From assembly GCF_009914755.1 (NCBI RefSeq), contig NC_060925.1: DNA of 64,000 nucleotides. The stretch is one strand, 5' to 3'. Within the stretch, counting starts at the first letter, position 1. Each line of letters begins with the position of its first letter. Source of the DNA: the human T2T-CHM13v2.0 reference genome, Homo sapiens. Below, in pieces: positions 1 to 20,670 of this stretch. The notes below the pieces were generated by a model. The model saw only the letters and a list, made by a program, of their open reading frames with translations, was not told the origin of the DNA and ran no database searches. The translations under genes were made by a program, and so were the position numbers.

Positions 1-494
1 GGTGCTTAGAGTCCGGGCTGGCTCAGGCCGGCCGGGCAGCTGTGCTAGTGCTTGGAGTTCCTGCTCAGTCCCCGTGGTCTCCTCGCCCCTCTGGGCACTT
101 GGGCTGCCAGGCACCGAGCTGAGTGCCGAGATGCAAAGATGAGTCCCAGGTCTGCAGGAGTTGGAGCCCAGCAGGGAGCTGGCCTTGGGGCCGGGCCCCT
201 CCTGCTCTGGGCAGCCACCCAGCCCTACGACCCTCCTGTCTCTGTAGGGCCTCCCCAAGGCCTTGAATCCACCCCGTGCTCAGTGCATCGTGCCCCCCAA
301 GCCCCAGCCCTCCTAGAGGTGTGGGTGGGGGAGGGGCTGCAACCCACACAGGCTGAGGACACAGCTGCTGCCACTGCCTGGGGCCAGCCACGCATCCTCC
401 CCAGACAGGGACCGGTCTAGCTGTACCAGCCGCTGCCCCGGACCTGCTGCCCTGCCCCACGCACCCCCCCTCCCCTGGCCAGCCTCCCCAGAGG

Positions 495-620
495 CCAGCA
501 GGCGCCTTATCGGGCAGGGTTAAGGAGGGGGACAGTTATCAGGGGCTGCAGCCTAGGTTGGGCCACAATGTCCTCGTCTCTTGAGGGTGGCAGGCTGTGC
601 AGGCTCCCTGATAAAAGCAC
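495..620 (+). promoter_or_regulatory. Erythroid intronic enhancer of SMIM1 (GATA motif cluster, intron 2)
   Basis: GATA motifs TTATC at 507-511, TTATCA at 536-541 and TGATAA at 609-614, plus a CACCC-type GGGTGG near 585-590. Position 557 equals c.-75-335, the known rs1175550 regulatory site. Confidence 0.75.
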
Positions 621-966
621 CGGGGAAGGGAGGCTCCTGGAGTGTGCTGGAAGGAAACACTGGCCTCCCACATGCCTGAGGTCAGGGCTTGGCCTGAGAT
701 GGAATTCTCGCTTGGTCCCATCCTCCCGGCCTGACCCTGGGCAAATGACTCTACCCCTTTGTGTCTAGGTCACCTGTTAAGTCAGGCGACAGACCCGGTG
801 AGGGAGTCAGCCCCCGACCCTTAGTGCCCCTCTCCTAACAGCAGCCTCAGAGGGGGTCTTGACTGCCGCCCTCCATCCGCTTGTTTTACAGTGAAGCCAC
901 AGCCTGGCCACCTGTCTTGATCTCCCCACCGAGAAGGCCCCGCCCCTCCCGCTGCAGCCCCACAGC

Positions 967-1076
967 ATGCAGCCCCAGGAGAGCCACGTCCACTATAGTA
1001 GGTGGGAGGACGGCAGCAGGGACGGAGTCAGCCTAGGGGCTGTGTCCAGCACAGAAGAGGCCTCACGCTGCCGCAG
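967..1076 (+). CDS. SMIM1: SMIM1 first coding exon (exon starts at 892 after tttacag); Vel blood group antigen
   Basis: ATG at 967 reads MQPQESHVHYSRWEDGSRDGVSLGAVSSTEEASRCR; donor CAG|GTGAGG at 1076/1077; 110 coding nt. Confidence 0.97.
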
Positions 1077-1387
1077 GTGAGGGGCCTGAGGGCAGCCTGC
1101 CAGCCATAGCAGGCTGGTGTCTCCCTCCAGAGACGCCTGCCCTAACCCCTGCTACCGGCCCCATCACCCTCCACCCCATCCTGGCTGGGAGCCCACGGTC
1201 CAGCAGCTCAGCAAACCGCAGCCTTTGGCCTTCCCTCTGGTTGGCTGTGGGCGGGGAGAGCTTCCTCTTGACTCCAGCAGAGCGCCCAGGCCCCTCCCCC
1301 TGACCCAGACCAACGGCCACAGTCCACTTAGGGGGCCCCTCATGCGGCCCTGGCCTGGGGCTCACCTCCAGTTGGTTCTCACCCCAG

Positions 1388-1514
1388 GATCTCCCAGAGG
1401 CTGTGCACGGGCAAGCTGGGCATCGCCATGAAGGTGCTGGGCGGCGTGGCCCTCTTCTGGATCATCTTCATCCTGGGCTACCTCACAGGCTACTATGTGC
1501 ACAAGTGCAAATAA
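1388..1514 (+). CDS. SMIM1: SMIM1 last coding exon, single transmembrane segment, 78 aa total
   Basis: Acceptor ccccag|G. Reads ISQRLCTGKLGIAMKVLGGVALFWIIFILGYLTGYYVHKCK, stop TAA at 1512-1514; 110+127=237 nt. Confidence 0.97.
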
Positions 1515-1515
1515 A
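1510..1515 (+). terminator. Probable SMIM1 polyadenylation signal AATAAA overlapping the last codon and stop
   Basis: AAA TAA A forms AATAAA at 1510-1515. Confidence 0.6.
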
Positions 1516-4167
1516 TGCTGCCCCGCATGCACGCGGGGGGCTGGCCGCACACGTGAGAGCACAGGCCTGGAGACACACCCCTTGTACACATGGACCCCCC
1601 CACAGACACGGACCCTGCGGCACACACAGCGCACAGGGCACACGCGCTGGCAGCCAGGCACACGAAGACACCAGGTGCACAGCTGTCATCGGCCCCACAC
1701 GGGGGCGCACAAACACCTGGCACACAGCCCTTCAAAGGACCTACAAACAGCTGGGCACACGTGGCTGGGAGGCCTGGGCCCAGCCTCAGCAGGAGCTGCA
1801 GGACACACCCAGGCTGGGCCCTGCGGCCTGGAGCCCCCAGCTACAGCCTCCTCTCTCCCAGGGCCCAGCCCCTTCCCTTGTGAAGGCCAGGATGAGGGGT
1901 TCCTTCAGCGGACAAACCGAGCCCACCTCCCTGGCAGCCCCCCGGGGTGGGATCCTCCCGGCTGCTTTCCTCCGTGGGAGCAGTGTGCAGAGCTGTGTGG
2001 CCCTGGGCAGGCCCCTGTCCTCTCTGGGCCTTTCTGACTCCTGGTTTTGTAAGGGTGGCTGTGTGTCCCCCGCCCTTGTCTCAGATGCACCATATCTTCC
2101 TTAGTAAGTGGGCACAGTTCTTCCTAGGCAGCCCACCACGCGCAGAGGCTGGGTGTGTCCCTCTTGGGGCCGGCGGCTGCCAGGGAGGACCCGGGTCTAC
2201 CCTCCCTCCCCAGGGATGGGCCTGGTCCCTCCAAGTACTCCTTGTGGGCCAAGAGCCTGTGTACAGAGGCATTAAGTGTCTGTTGAATGAACGGTGGATG
2301 ACAGCCCTTGCCATAGTTACCTGGCCAGGCGTGACATCCAGGAAGGCTGTGGGAAGGGCTTGTTTCCCCGGGGCAGGCCCCCCTCCCATGTGGCTCTAGG
2401 AATGCACCCCTACCAATTGGGCCCTCTGGCGAGGACAGCCGGCAGGCCTGGGGACCCGGATGTGGCTGGACCTCAGCTGTGTCCCAGGGACTTCGGTCCC
2501 ATTCCCCCCACCCCGATCCTGGCCTCCAGTCCCAGCCCCCGGTCCCAACCTCCATTCTCTTGGTAGGTGCTTTCCTGGGTCTTGTGTTTGGCCCTCACCT
2601 ACCACAAAAGATCCCAAAAAGCCTTGCCAGAAACATCCCCTTAGGGAAGGGGTCCTCACCCCAGGGCTGGGGGTGGGAGACACGGGCAGCCACTATCCTC
2701 ACGGGCACAGAGAAGGGAGGCCACAGGGCCAGATGAGGTTATTGGAGGGCTGAGGCTGCGCCTGCCCCAGGCCAGGTCCCGCCTAAAGCATCAAGTCAGG
2801 TAAACAGGAGGGGCTGCGCCAGTCTTGGTAGGGAGGCAGACTCCACATCATCCGCCTTTGGGGCGAGCAGGCTCACTTGAGATCTGCCTGGGCCAGCCGG
2901 TGGCAGGTGGAGCTGCATGGCTGATTGCACACTGCCCTAAGGCTCCTGGCTCCAAACCCAAGGAGGGAGCCCAAGGGCCTGTCCTGGGCTGCGGTCTGAA
3001 GCAATGATGCTTTCCTGGGAGCCTGTTGTTGGGTGGGCTGCTGCCTGCCCCAGCCCCATGACAGCCTGGATCTTCAAAAAGAGATCCCTACCTCTGACCT
3101 GCCACTCCCAAGGAGGGAAAGGAGTAGCCAGCTGGTACCCTCCCTGAAGCCCAGCTTCACAGGACAGCACTGCCTTGGGGCTGCTGTAAGGAAGTGGCAG
3201 AGGCCGCTGGGCCCAGCAGTTTGGCTGCATGGGCCCCAGAAGGCAGCACTCCGACCTGGGGGTCCTGGGGCTGGGCCTCCCCAAGAACTGGTGCGGCCCA
3301 GGAGACAGGCGAGGGCACAGGATGGGGATGGGAGCTGTCCCAGTTCTACAGTCAGAGGGGAAGTGGCCCTGGTGCTTCTGCCACGGGTCCCGCATGCCAG
3401 TGATGCCCACGCACCCCCACAAATGCTCCTTCCCACCTGTCAGGGGCTGGCATCAGATGGCACAGGCGCATGTCGGGTCTGCCCTGGATCTGTCTGGCTG
3501 CATCTGGGTCCGCCCTGGCAGGGGCCCAGCATCTTCAGCCAGGGGCTCCACCAGCAGCCCTGCCAGCCCCAGCAGGGGAGGCTACAGGCAGACACCCACG
3601 GGTGCTCATTGGGCCAGGCACTCAAGTAACCCACAGCCGCCTCTCGGGCACACCACTTGTCCCCTAAGTGACCATGGTGGAGACAGCAGCTCCAGCCCCA
3701 GTACCCCCAGGGTCATGGACCTAGGCTGAGCTGAGCAGTGTCCTTACAGCTCTGGGAGGGTTGGGGAGAGGATGGGACAGGACCCTGCTGAGTGGCCGCC
3801 TGGCCTACCCTCCCAGAGACTCACAAACAGGAGGATCTGCTGTGGATGCGTCTGGGGCCTGGGCTCCTCTGACTGTGCACCTGGGGTATCCAGGCAGCCC
3901 GACACCTCTGGTCCACCTTGTGCTCCAGGCAGGGGCCCAGCAGGGTGAGGCCAGTTCCCAGGACCCCTGGTCAAGGGCACCAGCTTCCCCATGACAGTGG
4001 CAGGTGCCTCTTGCTCCCTGCTGGCAAGATCTGGGTGGGGACAGGAGGCCCTCAGCCTCCCCACATAGAAGCCACCACTGGGCTAGAGTGAGCTTTGTGA
4101 CACTTCGAGCAACAACCTCTGGCAGTGCCGGTGGGAAAGGATCTGCTGGGCCAGGTGCGGAGCTGTT

Positions 4168-4173
4168 TTTATT
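4168..4173 (-). terminator. Distal LRRC47 polyA signal candidate
   Basis: TTTATT on + (AATAAA on -), downstream of the LRRC47 stop. Confidence 0.5.
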
Positions 4174-5827
4174 AGTGAGTCGGGGGGTGGGGTGGGGTGA
4201 AGAAAACATCAGAGACACCTGTGCTGCGAGTTAAATACATTTCCAGCATCTCACGCATCACAAGCTGCATCAGGAAAGGGCACAGCATGTGGCAGCCTCA
4301 TCCACACCCACGCAGTGACAGATGTGTTACAGCATGGACACCAAGTCCCCGGGAGCCAAGATGGCAGCTCCAGCATCCCTCCCTTCCTCCCTTCCTCCTT
4401 CCCGGGCTGGGCCGGGCCATGCAGAGAAAGGGCAGCCTCTGCCATGGCAGCCCCAAATCACCTCTCAGAGCAACTGTCTGGGGTCCCCAGCCCCAGAACT
4501 CCAGCAGAGTCCTGGCCTGGGGAAGCCCCCGTGCCGCCTCAAGCCTCCAGCAGGGCAGGCCCCTGGCCAACTGTGGCATCTGCCTTGACTGCCCAGAGCA
4601 GCAGGAATCAGGTTTTGGGAGGACACAAGGCAAGGCAGTCATCTGACACACCCACGGCAGTCCAGCTGGCACTGAGTGTGTGGGCCTCGTCCTGTCTGGA
4701 GTCCCCTCCCTCCCACAGTGGGCGAGACGGGAAGGCCTGGCGGTGACCAGACAAGTGGGTCCAGGTCTCAAGGCAGCCTGGCCCATGTCCTGCAAGGCTC
4801 TGAAGAGCCACCCAGCTGTTAGTCTGCCCACTGCACAGGGCCCCGGGCCTCTCAGGTTGACAACTAAAGGTGTGTGGGCTGTGGGGCTCTTGCAGATGCT
4901 TCCCAAAATCACCAGTCATTTCTACAGACACAGAAATCGAGACACTGAACAGAGAACAAATGGTGTCATTCGATAAAGCTGATGAGTCTGCTTCTCACAT
5001 GGCACCCAGATCGTAAGGCAGTGGGGTCCGTAAAATCATCGCGGTGGCTGGCCGTGTCCTCATGAGCCAAGCACACTGACTCCCGGGAGTGGTGTGCACG
5101 CACATGTGGTGCCTGGACATACACGAAGACACATGGACGTGGGGGTCTGACCTGGACATTCACAACGGAAACGTCTACAACAGAAGGCGCCCAGGACCCA
5201 CCTTTCTGGCGCATAAATGAAGATTTTTGGCTCAAAAACCTAAGCATCCTCCAGCTTTTGCTACCATCTGTCCCTCGGCTGGCTGAGGACTGCCGATGCT
5301 TCCCAAGCAGAGGCGTCTGGTCCACTCCTGGGGCTCCACCTGCCTGTCACTGCAGCACCAGCGTGCACACGATGGAAACCCCACCGATGCCGCTCTCCTC
5401 CGCTTGGCCCCGCTGAGCCAGGGTGAGGTGCTGCCACTGCCTTCAGCCTACAGGCTGCTTGCCTGAAGGGGTCTCCACATCTCCACCCCCACAAAGCAAT
5501 CCAACAGCAGTATGAAGAGACGCAATTCTGCCAATTCTAAGGTCACATTAAAACTTTTCCCCCCAAGATTATGATCACTGCCAGCTGGAGAACCCAACGC
5601 CCTTGCACATGCCAAGCTGCATCCTGGCATGATATGGTTTTACAAGATGCTGCGTCATAGAAAGTGACCGTGCCGTTCAAGGAAACGCACATCGGTTGGC
5701 TTCCCAAGTTTTCGGGTCTCCGAACCAGTGACAGTCACGTGTCGCTCAGTGACACATGAGAAACGTGTGCTTAGCCGCTGCTGTGTGATCACAGAGTCTT
5801 TACACAAGCCTCGATGGTGCATGTAGT

Positions 5828-5833
5828 TTTATT
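5828..5833 (-). terminator. Proximal LRRC47 polyA signal candidate
   Basis: TTTATT on +, about 850 nt past the stop codon. Confidence 0.65.
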
Positions 5834-6250
5834 TATGTGTTTTCATCTGGAAAACCAAGTGTCCCAGCAGCATGACTGAACATCACTCACTTCCCCTACT
5901 TGATCTACAAGGCCAACGCCGAGAGCCCAGACCAGGATTCCAAACACACTGCACGAGAATATTGTGGATCCGCTGTCAGGTAAGTGTCCGTCACTGACCC
6001 AGACGCTGTTACGTGGCACATGACTGTACAGTGCCACGTAACAGCACTGTACTTTTCTCCCATAAACAGTTACCTGCCATGTATCTACATGATTCAGAAC
6101 ATTTTGAACAGTTAATTCTGACACTTGAATAATCCCATCAAAAACCGTAAAATCACTTTGATGTTGTAACGACAACATAGCATCACTTTACGACAGAATC
6201 ATCTGGAAAAACAGAACAACGAATACATACATCTTAAAAAATGCTGGGGT

Positions 6251-6603
<353 letters not shown>

Positions 6604-6680
6604 CTAACGGATAATTCAGCATTGCCGCATAGAAACCTCCGCAAAACCGGCCAAACAAACGCGGACAGGCGGCCCTGGCG

Positions 6681-6950
<270 letters not shown>

Positions 6951-7044
6951 TTAACCTGGAGATGAGAGGTGACCCAGGGAAGACATGCTGCTGTCTGCCA
7001 ACACAGTAAGCAAAAAAGAGGCAAGCAGGACGGGTGGGAAGTCA

Positions 7045-7227
<183 letters not shown>

Positions 7228-7289
7228 TTATCAAATGTAGACATCAGCAACTGCAACATTTGTTCTCAGGAAAAATCTACAAAACTGTG

Positions 7290-7572
<283 letters not shown>

Positions 7573-7794
7573 AATCAATCAATTAAGCAGATGGCGTCAC
7601 ACACACCAAGCCCACTCCTTACAGAGGAAGACTGCAGTGCTGCACACAGCATCCCGGGCCGTCACGCAGCACCGAGCATGAACAGTGAGCTGTAGCTCTG
7701 AGAAGCCAGGGGGCCCTTTGACCCCTCTGGGCTGCGTTTTCTATTGCACACAATGAAACCTCACAATGCAGCAGATACTTGTGTGTGTTAATTC

Positions 7795-9051
<1,257 letters not shown>

Positions 9052-9523
9052 CTAAAGGGTAAAATGGACGACTCAAAAAGTTCTTTACACAAATTAAGTG
9101 TAATATCAAGGGCCCAAGCATAACAAGCTTCAAAGAACAAAGTATTCTGAAGCCTGTGTTTACAGAAATCACTGGGCTAGTTACGGATGATCATCTTGCT
9201 TAGAGCAGCACCAAGGACCCTGACTTGGATGATACCCAACAGCGCACGGTATGGATAAAATGCTGTGGGTTGGGCTGGCATTTATGTCTGTTTCCTAATG
9301 GCTAGTTTATATCCTGTCCTGTCCCATCCTGAGGGCCACCCGCCCCCTGTGGAATGGCCAATACCTCCGCTCCTAACACCTTCCACTTCCCTCACGTCAG
9401 GGCCATCTAGATGACAGACTGGTTCCACAACGTCTCCTTTGGAAAGAGAATGCTTTCTTTGTACCCTGTTAAGAAGCTTCTGGGTTCTGGTAGCATTAGG
9501 CGGTTCCTGAGGAGCACAGACTA

Positions 9524-9706
<183 letters not shown>

Positions 9707-10306
9707 CTATCGGGCAGAAACCCACAAACTCCACTAGGGTCACAGCCACAGAACTCGCCCATCGTGTCGATTACGGCCTTAAGCCTCAATGAGCCCTCCC
9801 GACTCCCGCCCTCATTCATCTCTACAGCAGGCAGGGAGCATCCCACGGGACCACGCAGCAAGAAGCTGCATGTGGGCTGCCACTGCAGCGTCCCGGGGAG
9901 ACCTGACGCCCAAACACACCGATCCTACTGAGGCAGGGCTTAACCTTAAAGCCAGCTCATGCACAACTGTTTCCAGAGGTCTGCCATCCTCAGAAGGCCA
10001 AAAGAGGAGAGAAAGGCTGAGCAGCCGGGACCTCGTGCACTCCACAGATTCAACAGCCCAGGACAGCACGACACAGCAACTCACCCTACTGCCAACCCCA
10101 CGCAAACGGTTTTACTATCGGGACAGAGACCAAAATTTCTGATTAAAAGGTAGTGAGCGAGTGAAGGAAACCATTTTCCCACGACTGCTCATCCGCCGAG
10201 TCCTCTCACAGCTGTGCACCGCTTCGAGTAACCGCAAACGCGGTCTGTTTCATTATTTCATGTCTTTGCAAGAACAGCATCGGATCCTACTCTAAAGAAA
10301 ATGTTC

Positions 10307-10863
<557 letters not shown>

Positions 10864-11317
10864 TCACCCTTGGCTGGGCTGTGTGCCAGGAAACCCTCCC
10901 GGTCCAAGGTCTTCACAACCACGCCACGCCCCTTTCCGAGACAGGGCTCCCCTCCAACTCCTCTCCACCCGGCCAGCCAGGCACTCACTTTGTGGAATCA
11001 CCATCAGGAAAACTATCTTAACCTATCAATCAGCAGACTTTCTTCCTTCTCTAATTCTGACATAATATTTGAGATTTCAAAGAACCCATCTTGAACTAAA
11101 ATGTAAATAAAGGCTGAGCTTTAAGTTGTAAAGCCCTGGCTGTGATGCCTGTTCCCTTCCTCCCCAAGCTGCAGGCAGGACTCTCACGACAGTCACTCTC
11201 GGCCCGCCATGCTCTGTCGCTGCCACTGCGGGGCGCACGAGACTTTCCCCTGGGCACAGAGGTGCTTTATATTTTAAAAGTTGGTCAGGTGTCACAGAAA
11301 AGCAACTGGGAAGTTAG

Positions 11318-12102
<785 letters not shown>

Positions 12103-12400
12103 TCAGGATAAACCGTTAACACCATATGTGGAGGAGCAAGGGATACGACCAGTGACCAGGACCAACCAGGCCAGGGTGCAGGCGTCTGTGAAGAGGCCAT
12201 CTCCACGCTGGAGACACCTGCCTCCCGGAGGGGACTGAGGCCTTACCCCCTCCTCAGCAACACCTGAGCCAGAACCTGCTCTATTCCCTTTTTGGAGCTG
12301 AGGAAACTGAAGCACACAGACACCCGGCTGGGCCCCATACTCCACTGCTGCTCCTTCGGACACGCTGGCCTCAGGATGTGTCCCAGCTTGCGGCGTCTCA

Positions 12401-12961
<561 letters not shown>

Positions 12962-15900
12962 TCATGCTCGAGAGGCAGGGAGACCACTCATCACTCACAA
13001 GAGCCACCACTGGCCTGTCTGTGGGGACGCGTCCCTGGGGAGCCACAAGTCATTCACCTTTGAGTCACTTTCCCAGCTCTGCACCCCACATCAAAGGCAC
13101 TATCCGAGGAGCCTCTCCGAGGAGAAGGCGTCAGCCACGGTTAACAGTGATCTCTGCAAAAGCTTCTGACTCAAACATGTCACCCTCTTTAACAACCACA
13201 GCAGCCCTGCAGCTCAATCATCACGTTAGAGAACAGAAAGGTGACAAGAGACAGGGGATGTCTGGGTGTGAAACGTGACCTCATGTCGGGACCTAGCCAG
13301 GACTGCTCAGGTGAGAAGCAGGTTCCCCAAAGTGGTGTTATTTTTTTTAATTAAATGAGCTAAAAAAAAAATACAGCAAAATCTCTAAGAGCATTCTTCT
13401 TCATAATGAAGTGCAAAGTTGCCCGCAGTGACACACAGAGTGCTCTCAGGGTTCACGCAGGAAGGAAAGGGGAAAGCCGACTTCAACGGCGATGGGTTCT
13501 CAGCCTTCGTCTGACCCAGGACAGGTGCATCGGGCCCACCACCGTGTGCCACAAAGATGCCCAGGAAGCCCCGTGGCCCACGGGAAAGCGTTTTCTATGA
13601 CCGTGACTGATCAGACTTTGGCAAAACGTGCAGGTGACCTCACTGAAAGGATGGAAGGGGTACAGTGGCACCTGATGCACTCTTAGGATGTCTTTCCCAG
13701 GGTCTGGGCAGCGCAGGGAACGTGCGTGTGAGGGCAGCCACTTCCATGACGTGAGGCGGCCGCTGCAGGTTCAGGCAAAAGGGGCCCATCCGCCTCCACT
13801 CTGCTCTTTCCTGGCTTGGTACCCAGGCCCCACAGCCTTGCCTGGGTGGTGGGGCAGGCACTGCGAGCAAACCCTTCTGTCCCAGCTTCCTCTAGGGCTG
13901 GAGGAAGACCCTGCTCAGGATGCAAAGCCTGACCCTCGGGGATCTCTGGCAGCCTCGGTGCCGGCTCTGCCCCCAGAGAGGAGGCAACAGCATGTGGGCC
14001 CCCTGGAAGCCAGCACTCGCCCTTGGTCAGTGTGGCTGGTGAGTCCTAGTTACACTGGGTGTGGAGGAGACAGGTAGGGCTGGACTTGATAGACTCTGAA
14101 CAGAGTTGGGGATGGGCTGATTACTCAGAGGACACCTCCTGCTTCGCCTGGAATGGATGGCAGGGGTGATGGAATTTCTCAAGCCCCAAGTTGTGAAGGA
14201 AATGAAAAAAGGAACCTGCTGGAATCCTCCGGCTCAAGCAATCAAGCTGCTCAGAGACGGGTAAGGGCAGCATGGCTCAGAAATGGGATGGCGCTCAGAA
14301 GCGGGAAGGGTGGCACGGCTCAGACATGGGAGGGTGCACTGGATGAGTTCCCTCAGGGAGAACAGAGACCCAGGGAGGAAGCGACAACTTAACAGTCAAG
14401 CAGGAACAGCATGTGTAAAAGAAATAAAAGGGCTCGCGTGCCCTCCGGGAGAGAATGGGGCAGTCTAAGCAGCAGTGACGCCTGCTGGGGAAGAACACAA
14501 GGCAGGGGCTGAGACCAAGCCCAGCTGCTGGGCACTACCTGAGCCACGCGTCCATCGGATCTAACAGAACTGCCACAATTCTGTGCTTCTCAGCACAGGG
14601 TGGGCTGGGCTGGGATAGACTTGTTGGACTGGTGGCTCCAGCCCAGACCTCCCTTCCGGCCCCACATGGGACGAGAGCCAATCTACTCCTGGAATCCAGG
14701 TGGCCTCACAAAGTACCAGGAGCCGTATCACCAATGCTGTCGCCAGCCTGCAGCACCAGGAACAGTGCGGCCGTGAGCTCAGCCTTCTAGAGCTCCTCAC
14801 CTCCCTGTCAGAGCCCTGGCTCCAGCGTTAGAACCAGCCTGGGCCACCAGCCCAGGGCACAGCCTGCCTGGCAGAGGCCAAGGGAAGCTCTGAGGTTGGA
14901 AGCTCGGGGGCACAGGCATCTGAGGTTCTGCTCTGTGGGTTTCTGCGCTGCCCTAAGGGGCTTTGGTCAAAAAGCTTGAGAGTTCCCCTCAAGTGGAACC
15001 TCCTTTCTGCCTGCAAACACGCAGTGCGGCGTCTCCCTCCGCTGACAAAGAGCAAGTTCCTTCAGACCCAGGAGCAGCAGCAGAGGCGAAGGAGGCGGGC
15101 GGGGCCCCACCGGGGCGCCCAGAGCAGCCACAGCCAGTTCAGCCTGCAGCCTGCAGTGAGTCCCCGAAAGGATGATGGCGGGCACTCGGAGAAGGGTCTT
15201 CCTTCCAGGCAAAGACTGTCAGAGAAAGGGCATCTGAGCAGCTCAGGACCTGCCTGGAGGCTCTGTGGGGAGTCAGGGGACAGGAAGGGAAGCGGGGGAA
15301 GGAGAGCAAGAGGGAGGGCAAGAGAGTCACCATCTGGGTGGGGCGCAAAGCCGCACATGTTGGGGAGTCCTTGTCAGAAATGCAAGGCCCTGCTGACGAG
15401 GTCGCACGCTGGCCCCTCAGGCCAGCACTGGGCACCCAGTGGCGGCCTCAGCAGGAAATGAAGCCAGAGATTTCACACATGAAGGGTGGATGAGGGTGGC
15501 GTCAGTTTTCACTTGTGTGAGGGAGCAAGCAGGCGCGCCCGCAAGGATGTGAGGTGCACACTGGCTTCGGGGAGGATGAGTTACACAGGGGGTGGCTAGG
15601 GGTCCTCCTGACACCTGATGGGATGAAATGCCGTCACCTGTCACCCGGAGCTGACACTCTACTGCAGGAAACACAACCCTCGCAGTGGCTAAGCTGACGG
15701 CAGCAACGTGGGTCCTGACTCTGGCCTGGCATACCGGCTGCCTTCCGGGCCCATGGCTTTTGCAGGGGACCTGCTGCCGGGGAAGGATCCTAACTTCATG
15801 GTGGTGACAGGCTGACATAAACCAACCCAATAAGGAGCGCCAGCCCGAGTGAGCCCCACTCCCTCCGGCAGCAACTGAGAAACTCGGAAGCTGGGGGAGA

Positions 15901-16887
15901 GCCTTTGGCTTCAGGAGGGTTCACATTGAGGCTGAACTCCCCTGTGCAGCTTGGCCTTGGGAGGGGAGTGGCCCAGGGCCTGAAAGGATGTCTTTACTAA
16001 GGCACCGTCCTGCCCACATCAGCTGTTCAGGTAACATCTGTCCCATCCATCCCTCATTCCCACACGGACACCACACGCCTGCGTGATGGCCACTTACAAT
16101 GCAGTCAGGAGAGGTGTGACGTGCCCCCATCCTCGGCTCACCACAGCACTGCCAGCTGAGCCCCACGGGCCACAGCAGCGGGAAGCAGCCAGGGAGGGCC
16201 GGCCGGGTGCTCTCAGGTCTCAGCAAGCCACGTGGCTCTGAGGCCAGGACACTGGGGAAGCCAGGCTCCCACGCAGGCAGAGCTACTGCTGAGGCCATAG
16301 GACAGCAGAGGCCTCGTCCCCAGTGGCTGGGAGGAAAGAGGGTCAGGGCCTTTGCACTGCAGGTCCCAGCCCAGGCTTGGGGGTGCTCCCTGGGGAATGG
16401 CTGTGGGGATGGGCACTAGGAGCCAGGCCGAGCTGCTTCCATTTGCAGTCTCGCCCCTCTGGGGAGGGAAAGGACAGGCAGAAGCCTCTGTGCTGTTATT
16501 TTGGCGGCCCCTAAAGAGCCAGTCCTCCCAAAGAACCGGAACTGGGCTCGCACTTAGTTAACCCACGGAACGCAGGAAAGTGGCAGGAAGCATGTTCCAG
16601 GTTGATGCCTGAAGAAGGGCTGGCAGCTGCTGCTTTTGTACTGAGGAGCCCTGAGCCCTGTGAAAGAAGGGGAGGGAGAGGCCCCGAGACGACACACGGA
16701 GAAGCCCACCCACCCCGGCAGCCCAGCCCTGAGCCCACGCCAGCTGAGCACAGCCACGCGAGCGACCAGCAGCAAGAGCTGCAGCACTGTCCACTGTTCA
16801 CTGTCCACTGTCTGGCGGAGCCAGCCCAGAGCGCAGAGCCGCTGCTGCTTTAAGCCTCGTGGTTTCGGAGTCAAGCAGCCACAATGA

Positions 16888-17646
<759 letters not shown>

Positions 17647-17901
17647 TGCCTTCTGTTTCTGAGCTCAGTTTTCTGGTTTTCTACACTCCCCATCTCCCCA
17701 CAGCACCAGGAAGGACATCAAATGCATTTGCCTTTGTGTGCGAAATTCCAATGTGCGTAGCTACATTGCTGGGCATAGTTCTGGTAGCCATTCCTCAGAA
17801 AGGTACCCAAAAGGACATCTGAGTGCAACAAGGGATTCCAATAGCTCTTGCATGACCCTCCAAGAAACAGGTCTCCTGATAGAGAGCCACTGGACGCCTA
17901 A

Positions 17902-18346
<445 letters not shown>

Positions 18347-18618
18347 CCACAACACTTTTAAGAACTTGAATACTGAAAGACATCTATGAATTTGAAGAGA
18401 AATATTGCAACTGACTGGACACTTACATGATGTAAGGCACAATGTTAAGATACATGCCTAGTACATCAACACTCTGGAAAACCAAAAGTATCTGTCAGGT
18501 GGGAAGGTGGGAGTAGACCGTGCTGTATCCAACATCACACCTTAGTCCTAGAGGGATGCCTACAGCCCTGAGGACCAAGGAAAATGCCAGTGAACTCGCC
18601 TCTTCCAGGAAATGCCAA

Positions 18619-19936
<1,318 letters not shown>

Positions 19937-19969
19937 TCAGTAACCATGTGTCACTCTACAGTGGGTTTG

Positions 19970-20670
<701 letters not shown>

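Noticed and set aside
52-5600. Many overlapping 100-230 aa ORFs around SMIM1
   Set aside because: Expected in GC-rich DNA; no domain signatures or splice support. The true SMIM1 CDS is split and absent from the ORF track.
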